DNA of 64,000 nucleotides, from NCBI GenBank assembly GCA_013239625.1, contig MU054212.1, positions 2,790,001-2,854,000 of the forward strand. Reading direction: 5' to 3'. The translations under genes and the position numbers were made by a program. This document shows positions 53,706 to 64,000 of this stretch, piece by piece. The notes under the pieces were generated by a model. The model was not told the DNA's origin. It saw nothing but the letters and a program-made list of their open reading frames with translations, and made no database searches. Source of the stretch: Lama guanicoe (taxonomy: Eukaryota). The stretch's first letter is position 1, and every line of letters begins with the position of its first letter.

Positions 53706-56700
53706 CTCTTCATTTGTAATTTCAAAAGACAAAGCCAAAAACAAACGAACAAGGAGACAACAAATAGACAATGCCCTTTGGGAAATGCACAGTTTTTATA
53801 CAGTTCAGTAAGAGTCTGCTAATGTTGCACCTTCTCCCAAGAAAGCTTGATTATTATCAGCTTTGTAGGGAAGCTAATTTACTTAAGTTGGGATACAAAA
53901 AGTTGAGGCTTAGGGAAACTGAACTGAATCAAGCCAAACTGAACCCAAACACCCCAAGACCTCAGAGGCTATGTTCAAAGTGTTGGTACAACCGTGACAT
54001 GATGGGGCAGAAGAAGGGAACGGAAAGTCAGGGTTCTTAGGACAATGAAAACTTCTTCTGGGGAGAGGAATACACATGAGGTTCTAACTCCATTTCCTCG
54101 CAGCTCTTATGCTCCATCGTGTGCTGTGCCCTACATTTCATCCTGCCAACCTGCGTGGGATTGTCACTTTACAGCTAAAGAAATTCAGCTTGGAGAGGTT
54201 TCCAACCCTTCAGAGCTCCCTACACCCAACAGTCCTCATGCTGCCTAGGGAACACCGTGTCATGCGACATGTACGTGCGGCACATAACACAACACCAGGC
54301 CCTACTTTACCAGAAGCAGGCGGGTTAATCCTTTCAACTCTCCGGAGGAGCCAGTGCACACACGGTAAATTACAGGGGAGGGAGGAGGCAGAAGAGCTCA
54401 TGGTGGTGCCAGCGCTGCAGGACCAACTTGCTCAGGGAGGGTGGAGAAGACCCCGCCCAGGGGTGGGGTGGAGAACAAAGACAGACGGATAAAGATGGTG
54501 AGAAAGGGCAGGACTGGGGTTGTGGGAGCCTCTCACCCACTCAGCTGTCCTTGGCCAAGAAATGGCTTTTCTCTTCACCTCTGGGTTTCTAAGCTGTGGA
54601 AAATACAGTCTGAACTTGAGGAAAAGATTTCCTTTAGTTTCTGGCCCAGATTTATTTTGCTGGCTAAGAGATTCAGAGGCAACTTCCAAATGACCTCTTT
54701 AGCACAACTTCTGGGGGATATTTTTAAATTATGAAAGCGACACCTACTCATTGCTGAAAACTGGAAAAACACAGAGGACGAAGCAGCAAAATTCAGAAAA
54801 ACAACTGGCCAGGAGTCCACCAATCAGTAGAACAGTACTTAAAAAAAAAAATCTGATTTACAGAGTATTTTTCTATAGAATAATTTTATTTTCAGAAACG
54901 CTTGCGGCTTCATACTTTTTAATGTCTACGAACCCAAGTTAGTAGATTGCCAACCAGAGTTCTGTCCTAATAGCTGAAACCCAAGGTGGGTAGAGGGCTG
55001 GGTGAAGGTGTGTGTGTACCTGTGGATGTGCACTTGTGTGAGTATGTGGGTGTGTGTGTCTGTATTTGTGGGTCTGGGTAGACAAATGAGAGGTATGTGG
55101 GGAGCAGTCACTGCAGGTGGAATCCTGGACGTGGAAATAGCAGGGAAGGAAGGAGATACAGGTAGAAAAGTCAACACTGCGACCAATGAGTACCCTGCCC
55201 TCCTTTCTGCTGAGATGGGCGAAGATGGAAACACAGTGAGGGGAAGGGAAGAGAAATGCTAGGTTGATACCTGAAACTTTTTAAACTTGAGGGTTCTATA
55301 TTGTATTTTCTCTAGTTTTGCATATATTTTTTAATGTCACAATACAAAATTTTTCTTAAAAGGAGGGGACGGGAAATGCTATGCTGGGCATTATTATAAA
55401 AAAAATCACCAGTCAACTTACTGTTTTAGAAACCTTAATTATAACAAATAGCATTTATAAGCAAATTATAACTTTTTAAAAAAAATCTAGGAATAGTTCT
55501 TTATAGTTTTCACCACTTGGGAAGTTTCATCTGTATTTCATGAACACAGATAAAAATAAATTCAGAGCTTGTTACAGAAATGGACAGAAGTAATTTAAGA
55601 AAATGGAGAAAATACCTTCTAAGTAAAAGCAAAGCAAACAAATTCCATCTACTTATGGGAAGTAATGCTTCCAGTACGTGCTCCCGGCGGCAGCATCATT
55701 TTCTATGATGCACAGAGCTGAAGAAAGTAGAGGGGAAAGGAAAGGAAAGTTTAAAACACAAGAAGAAGTATGAGAGCCCCGACAGTCCCGGAACTTGGCC
55801 TTGTGGGGCACTGACCACGGGAGCCCGGGGCCACAGCGGGGCTGCTAATCCTCCAGAAGCCTCTTGAGTCCTTCCCATCGCTCTGGCTAGAACAGTGTTT
55901 TGAATCAGGAGGGTTACATTGATGGCTGACTATAAGAAATATATTGTTATAATTAACCTGATTTCTTTAAAAAACCCAGAATTTATATAAGTAGGCTCCT
56001 TATTTCTATATTTATTGAACACCTACCTGGTGTTCCTGGTGCTCTGCTGGGCCTTTTAAACCTAGGCATGATATAGTCCTATTGGGTGGCATGGAAGGAC
56101 AAAGGAGAGGGACCCAGCCAGCCTGGAGCAGGCAGGGAAGGCTTCCTGTAGGAGGCAATGCCTGTGCTGGGTCGTCAGGATCACCAGGTGTAAGCAGAAT
56201 GGCACAGGGGCTTGGGAAAGAATTTTAGGCAAGAAACAGCATGATGGGTGAGGTGGGGACCTGGCACGAGAGGAGCATCTCTCCCCAGACATCAGCCTGA
56301 GCAGAGCACATGAAGGCACAAGAGCTTAGGTGCAGTGCTTTCAGTAACGTCAGTGCTTTCAGGAGCCCCCCGACGACGTGCAGCTCTAAGACTCACAGAC
56401 CTGGGCTGGAATCCTGGCTTTACCATCTTCAAGACCAAACCTGTTTGAGTTTTGGTCTCTTCATCTGAGGGATGGGATAACACCTTGTCCAAAGGATTCT
56501 TATGAGGAATAAATGGATGTCTTGTAAGAGCTACATTGACTGAACGTCCGCTACGTGACGGCACGGCACTGAGTCTCCACAACAACTCTCCTAGACGGAC
56601 ACCATCACCCCCATTTTACAGGTGAGGACACCGCACGGCTAATCAACGCCCAGCGCGGAGCCACAGCCTTACTGCCCCGTGGTCACTCTGCTCCTCGGGC

Positions 56701-58345
56701 AAGCGCTGTGCCCGCCTGGCCCAGGCTCAGTAAATGCTGCCAGAGTTTCATCCTTCAGAGAGTATGTGCTGCACCAAAACAGAATTCGATTGTATGTAAA
56801 GTCCTGTTGTGCAGCTTGAATTGGAAGAAAACTTTTAAGATCACCTGGTCCTGCTCTTTGGTTTGAGCAAGTGTCTGTTTAAAAATGATTTCCAGGGCAA
56901 ACGGCTATTTTTTAAGATCAGTCCTGGATCAGATCGTCATAATGTCCCACGGGAGCCCACGTTGGTATTTTCGGTTCCAACGGTTTCTGTTTAGGTTTCT
57001 CTTGCTTTCTCTTCAGGCAGGCAAGCACGCACATGCGCACACCCCCGCCGCCCACTCCATCCTCCTCCCAGCAGGCTGTTCTGTATTTGATGTGTTCCTT
57101 TTTTCTCTTGATTTAAAACTCTAGCATGTTTCCCATTTTACAATAATAATTACTATTCAGAGAAGCAGCATTACAATAGCTAATTTTTTGTGTGTGTGTG
57201 AGGCACTCTGCTAAAAACTATGGATTATCTGATGTAACCCTCACAACACCTCAGAGGTACTGACAGGTGCTGTTTTGATGGCGGTGATGGTGACACTGAG
57301 GCGCAGAGCAGTCGGGTAACCTGCTGAGGGCTGCTGGGCTACGCAGTCTCTCGTCCCGGAAGAGTGGGGGCCGGCCCAGCCTCATCTCTGTCCCCCACTC
57401 TTCGGGTCCGCGGTCCCAGAACTCCTGCCATCCTTTCTTTCTCACACAGCCCCCCTCCAGCCTTCCTGTTTCTAGTTTCTTGTTACATAAACGAATTCTT
57501 TCACATGTGTTTCCACTGAATTTAACCTATTTGTGAGTGGCTGCTCTTATTCCTGGAATTCTGGGTACTGGCATCCCCGAGTCTTGAAGGAGTGCCTTCT
57601 GAGATGATGAGACAGTCCTGACTCCGCCGTCTCTGCCACCAGTCTCTCTAGGAAATGGAACGGACTCAGCCCATCACCCCGAGAGTGTGCTGTCCCAGTG
57701 GCCCCACTCCCTCCGCCACACTTTGAGACGATCAGTAACAACAGGGTGTGGAGTGGAGCCTGTCCCCATTGCCTCGGGTGTTTCGCTGTTCCAGACTGTT
57801 GGAACTGGCTTACAGGACGTCACAGGAGTCCCTCCAAATTAAAAGCATCCTATTAATTATATGACACAATAAGAGGACCGTGGCGAAGCCAGCTGTTTCT
57901 ATTTTCAATTTAACAGCTTTTTGCTACTTGTAACGGGGCCAGCAAAACAGCAGTTTACAATGAAGTATTTAAATATTTTGCTTAGTACCTAAAAGTGAAA
58001 ATCCAGAGTCTTGACACAGTGCTTAATAAAAAAAGAATAAGAAAAGGTGATTTATCTAAAGATTCATTAAATGCTTTTTGAAAATGTACCAGAAGACATA
58101 GGGAATACGTATAAGTAAATTATACTGACTCCTTTGTACCCCTTTCCTACTCGCTGTCTCTCACACACAGACACACGCGCGCACGCACACAGTCATTACT
58201 GACACCACTCAAGGGTCTTACTACAGCAACAGGGTATCATGTGAATACTCAGGAGTATGGAAAGGTGGTTGGATGAATGAAAGTGAATTATTCTGTCATT
58301 GTATGACTTCAGAGTGACTAGGAAGCTTCTTAAAAACACGTTCAG

Positions 58346-58463
58346 GTGACAATGAATATATGTATGTTCATGTGTAACTGAAAAATTGTGCTCTGCACTG
58401 GAATTTGACACAGCATTGTAAAATGACTAGAACTCAACATAAAAATGTAAAAACAAACAAACG
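58346..58463 (+). mobile_element. Short 5'-truncated young L1 3' end with 14-bp TSD
   Basis: gtgacaatgaatatatgtatgttcatgtgtaactgaaaaattgtgctctgcactggaatttgacacagcattgtaaaatgact plus an A-rich tail. TSD aaaaacacgttcag (58332-58345) / aaaaacactttcag (58464-58477) at a TT|AAAA site. Confidence 0.8.
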
Positions 58464-61400
58464 AAAAACACTTTCAGAGACCAGGCTTCGAGAAGACAGA
58501 GCCAAAAGGAGGAAATCGCGCTCCGGGGCTGTGAGTTTCCTCCTTAGAAGAAGGAAAGAAAGCCGCTAATTGGACAAAAGTCCTATTTACGTGGCCTCAG
58601 ACGTTATCTAAACATTTTAAAGAATACAGAAAATGTCCGCACCACCCTTTTGTTGAAAACAATGTCTAACTGCCTCTTCAAATCATGGTGGATGATGAGC
58701 CTGGCTGGCTCTGTTCTCTGAGAAGCTTTAAGATTTCAAATTTATGTCGCAAGATTATTTACACAGTCACCAAATCAAAGTGACATGTGAAGAATACGAA
58801 GTTTCTATCAGCTCATGATTCAAAGACAACATCGCTGGGTGTGTGTGGTTGGGCAATGAGGAGGGTGGCCGCTGACAGCGCCTGCCTTTGGCTGTGGCGT
58901 GGTTGCCGATGTGCTGTCATAGGTGCGTGTCTTGTGGAACCTTCCACGCCCTTCTGGGGCTCAGGCTTGGTTTATCACAGTTTAAGAATTTGCCCGAAGG
59001 CGCCAAGCTAGTTCATAGACTCGCCGGGCAGTTGGTGTGTCCCCGTCCCTTCCAACAAAAATCAGACCCAAGCCCTGTGCTGCAAAACATTTAAAGGAAC
59101 AAAGGTATCCCAGCTGAAGACAAGAACTTCTCATGCTCCCTCTTCCTTTTCACGATAGACACAGAACAGGACAGACCGCAGGAGCCATCTGATACACTGC
59201 TTCCCACACTGCTTATTCCCAGACCTTCTAGTTTGCAAGCCCTGAGTGAACAATGCACTAAAGCCAAAGCTTATTTTACAAATAACTACTTTCTCAAAGT
59301 TCTAAAATCTACTTGAAGGATTACAGATAGATCCTTCAAGAGCCTGGGAGGATGTGTCCTTGGAGATACAAACTGTATCGACACTGTTGGGTTTTCCTAA
59401 TCATCACAGACGTCTGCCAGAGTGGAGACCAGAGCTTCGTTCACACTGAACGTGGTTCCCCACGTGTGCTGGCTTGTTTCAACCTTTATTCCAGCCCATT
59501 TTAATGTGTCCAACAATTTCCTCTGAATTCCACCCCTGGTGCCATCTGGTTCCTTCTGCAGCACATCAACAAAACGGCGATGCCTTGATGAAGTCCCTTC
59601 CTTAGGGTCCCTAAGATTATGGGTCAGCAAGACACACTTAAAAGACACTCCTTTTTTTTCCTTTGATATTGACTATTTTGCACCACTTTGAGACGAGGTG
59701 CGTTTTCATTTTTTAGGTAAGCTCTGAAGACCTTCGGGCCTTCTGAGCTTTTTTTTTTAAATCAACTTTTGAAGGGGTGGCAGGGGCCTGGCCAAGCCCT
59801 AATGAGGCTGGGTTGGAGTTCTGGAACACGTTCTGCTCAAATCAAGGGAACAGGTTTGGGCGAGTCCAAATTCAGCCCTCGGTTATGAAGCCCTCTAAGC
59901 CTGGCGAGGTCTGCGGCTGCTTGAAGGTGGTGGTTAGCTTCTATGCACAGTTGTAATTTATCTTCCGAATACGGGGAACACAATAAGAAAAGCTGCACCA
60001 GAGTCAAAATACTCATTACCACTAAAAAAGATAAACAGCCAGGTCATTACTAAGCAAACCAACACACGGCTTTTACGTGGCAGCAGGCAGCCATTATCCC
60101 AGTGACAGAGGCATTTCTACTGACACTGCACCTTGATTAGATTCAGACGGTCCAGCAAATAGCTGTGATCATTGTGGGACTGGAAAAGAGTTTTTAAACG
60201 TTTTATTTGTTTATTTACTTATTTCCGCAAATGGGATTGCCACCGAAATGGAGCTTCGGGGTCGTCTGCCTTTGGAATATGACTACATGAAATGCATACG
60301 CCTCGTAAGAGCACATCTGACTTCTCATCACGCACCACCTCTCACATGCCCGCATCCTCCCACCTGGGACCACCCCGGCACCTGCAGCAGCCCACACAGC
60401 ATGCATTATGCACCCACTTCAGCCTGCTGCTGGGGGGCGAACAGTTGCTACTTTCTATCCCAGGTACCTTGAGAATAATCATTCAGAAGCAGGAGAGTGA
60501 TAATTCATCCATTTGAGGCTATACATCCCGCATATTTCCAATGAAGAGCAATGACATTTTAATGAGTTATTTATATATTAACAGTAGAACGAGCTGCCGG
60601 ACATGCAAACGCGGTGACATGGACTCTTCTATGACCACAGCCCAGGTTTCAGCAGAGGGCATCTGTGTGTGCAGTGGACCCACAAGGGACCCTTCAGTGT
60701 CACTTTCTGAGTTTTTTTTTTTATTTTTAAGTCCTCAGAGTTTACATGCAAATTATAACATCATGTGTTTTGGTTCTGAATAGATGCTTCCCTTTGGAAG
60801 TTAAGGGGGTAAAGTTTTATTTTCTGCATTGGCTTAATAAAAAGGACTCCCCTAACTTTAGAATAACTTGTGCATTATTTCACTCCAGCCAAGAATACAC
60901 ACAGCACAGACACACCACTGTGTCCCGACCCCGGAGTGCTTCCTCTGATGCAAAGAGAAGCATGTCTCTGAAGGAGATCTAGGAAGATGGTCTCAAGAGC
61001 TACGAGGTAGACACAAGGTTAACACTGGGGCGTGTAATATTCCTGCCCACAAAGCTCCCAACGTGGCCAACATGCAGTTTATCTTTTGGAAATGCACCTG
61101 AAATTAATATTGGTTCTCATTTGCTGTAAAGAAGTTCTCAAACGAAGCCCTCAATCAGCATCGGAGTTATGTGACCAGCAGGAACTCCAGGGTGTGAGGA
61201 ACAAGTCAGAGGAGATTTGTGAGCTGGGTTGTATAAAATAACGTTGTCAATTTTTAGCCCTTTTACTGGAATTGTTCTCAAAAACACAGTCAAGAGGAGC
61301 TTATTTTTCACATATTAATCTTGTACGAGATTACAGGAATCTTCTTGAAATACCTACAAATTAACTTGCCAAACAAGTGACTAGAATATATAGCTTACTA

Positions 61401-64000
61401 TGATAAAAGTACTTCTTGTATGATAACACAGAGCAAAGCGACCTTGGCACGGCTCGATGACCCCGCTCATCACGAGGGACCAGAACAAGCAGAGTCAGGA
61501 CAACGGTCCCTGTGCTGAGTCTCGGCCAGAATCAACAGGAAAAGCTTCGCTTTGACAGCGTGTCTGCGGCCATGCCCCCGCCGTCGCTGCTGCGCTGCAC
61601 GGTGATGCCTTCCCGTTTTACTCCCCTCTCTGCAGGTCCAGGGCCCAGACTCTGAGATGCAGGCGGGTCACCTGGATCTCTGCTCATTTCCCTCACCTCC
61701 TGAGATACAGAGGGTGGGCGGGGCCCAGGAATCTGCATTTTTCAAGCCTCTCCGATGCTTTGACCCTGATCCGAGGGGATCAGGGAGCAGGTTATCAGCT
61801 GGAGGAAAACATTCTAAAGGCAGGTGTCACCCTTCTGTTAATCTGGTTCATGGGTGTCTGGGTTGTAACTAGATGGATCTGTTCCCTTCTCCTTACTTTT
61901 TCCCCTGCAGGGACACTAGACTAGAAAACCCCTTTCTTCTCTTCCTTGACGAAAAAAGGACGTTACTCTTTGCCACTCACACTGGACTAGGCCTGCTGAG
62001 ACCTAACGTCACCCCAGCAGCTGATGATTCCAAGCATTCGGCCCTCAGGGCGCAGCAGCCCCGTGGTGGCTGAGCGGCTCCAGGTCATAGCAAAACTCCT
62101 TCAACATCCAACAAATATTGATCAAGCACTGCCAGGCACAGTTCCAGGCACTGAAGGCTACTGGTGGGCCCATTATTGGTTTAAAAACCTAGGGCATGGG
62201 CTTAAAGGGCAAGTTTTAGAAATAAAATGTTTAAAATCTTTAAAACAATTTTTCTGACTGGTGCACGCACGTGTGTTTCGTGCACTGGCGCGAACCTGGG
62301 AGAGTTCTGCGGCACTGCAGGGCGCGCTCGCGTCTCCTGTTCCATCAGCAGCAGGAAGGGAGGAGCCCGGCACAGAGGTGGTGACTAAGACATCCGTGGG
62401 CCCAGACACCCCTGACCTGACGAGCTGCCCTGCCTGGCCTGACGCTGGCCAGGGCCCCGGCGTGCTGGAGCCAAAGCTGGGCACTGGATGCTTTGCACTG
62501 ACAGATGATTTTCTCTTCACAGGCACGAGCAAGCAGCCATTGGCAGGTGACAAGGTTGCTGGTCCAAGGCCAGCTTAGTCCCTTGCTGCGGGAAGACTGC
62601 GTGCATTGGACGTGGGGGCCCCCAAAAAAGAACTTCCTCAAACGTACAGGCAAATACAAAGAGCCATTTAGCACACTGCCCAGTCGAAGGTGGCGCTTTT
62701 CAGACTTTCTGAAGTCATGACACACACAGGAATTAACAGCACCGCATTTGTACGACACTGGGCACAACCGAAGGCTGCTCACGGCAGGAGGAGACCAGCC
62801 AGGGAGCACTAGCACGTCGGGGACTGCAGGGGTCCCCGCGCGCAGCGCGACCCCAGCTCTCGATAGGAAGACGAGGTGAGGGCCACCTGGAGGGCAGAAT
62901 AGCTCGAGATACTCTAGAGACCTGCCCTCTTGGCTAAAGCCCACCTTCAGAACAGAGTTCAGGAAGGAGGAGGGTGGACTACAAGGCTAAACGTGGGGAA
63001 CATGACAAACCCCGCGGCCAGGCCCTGCTCCAGGCCAGCGACATCGGAATTTTTGCGGGCAGGGCCAAAGTTTTTTGGGTTTTGTTGTTTTGTTTTTTGT
63101 TTTGCTTTTCTTGAGTCCCAGTTGATTCTGACATGCCTCCAGGACTGAGAAGCACGTCTATAAAAGAATAAAAACCAAGGTCCTGGAGTCAAGTGGGAGC
63201 TGGAGTCCTGGCTGTTCCCCGTCTGCCAAATAAGAAGCCGATCCTCTCAGAGCTGCAGGTGCCCACGTGGGAACCAGCTAACTCACAGCCCCTCCTGTGA
63301 AGCACAGAGGCGAGGAAGCCAGCCCATCCTTAAACCCAACTTTCTATTTTGAATGGCTTTACTCAATTGATGGCTTTCATTCATTATTTTGAGGATCTGG
63401 CCTCTGTGTACAATATTTTACCCAGTGACTAACTCATATATTAAGCAACCTTCGGAATGTCCACTCTGCAGCAAGCCCGACAGCAGGTACCGGGAAACAA
63501 GGAGGGAAACTAAGAAGAAAGAGCTTTCCGGGGAGGGGCTTTCTGTTTAAGCTGAGGCTGAGTTCTGGGCAAGGGAGAACTCACTAAAGGTCAGGACAGT
63601 GACCCCCAGTCCTGTCCCAAGTTGTTTCGCACTAACTACCAGTGTTACTCGCCACTGTCACTGCCCTGCCATCAAAGGTACCGCATGGGTGACAAGGTGG
63701 CCACACCTTCTCACCTTCTCCCTGGTCTGAGGAACGCACTGAGGGATACGCCGGCCTCATCAGTATTTGCCTTTAAGGGGCTTCTCCCCACATGTCCTTG
63801 AATATCTGTTAACTCTCTACTTTGGTCAACACCAAATGTAACTTCAATCATCACCAAATGCAAAAGTAAGGAACGTGTACCAGAAACAGTAGGATGGTTA
63901 ATATCACCAGCGAGGTGATCTTGAGATGACGGTCTGGCCTGGAGCTGCCCCACACCCATGGCCCAGGCAGCACACCTCACCACGTATCTCCCTCCTGCTG

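Noticed and set aside
62345..62944. 199-aa minus-strand ORF as an alternative KCTD1 exon
   Set aside because: No similarity to known KCTD1 N-terminal sequence that I recognise; GC-rich chance ORF.

Overview
This is mammalian genomic DNA, most likely camelid, judged from a Vic-1-type tRNA-derived SINE and artiodactyl-type L1, Tigger and LTR relics. The only protein-coding content I can support is the 3' part of KCTD1 on the minus strand. It comprises three coding exons (48113-48257, 34192-34497, 30416-30574) with canonical GT-AG splice sites, encoding roughly residues 55-257 of the short isoform, followed by a ~0.8 kb 3'UTR ending near 29620. The upstream exon(s) lie beyond the right edge of the window. 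Bases 1-29.6 kb are intergenic sequence downstream of KCTD1, and the rest is intronic. Both are full of old L1/L2/MIR/MaLR/hAT/Tigger relics plus a few younger insertions with visible target-site duplications. Nearly all ORF-track entries are chance ORFs. I found no convincing novel multi-gene system. The best second-look items are an LTR-like 3' end apparently retroposed by L1, a near-perfect 52-nt hairpin, a promoter-intact antisense solo LTR, a weak BTB-like relic antisense in a KCTD1 intron, and GC-rich intronic islands with AP-2-like sites. Repeat family names come from recalled consensus sequences and were not verified with RepeatMasker/Dfam.
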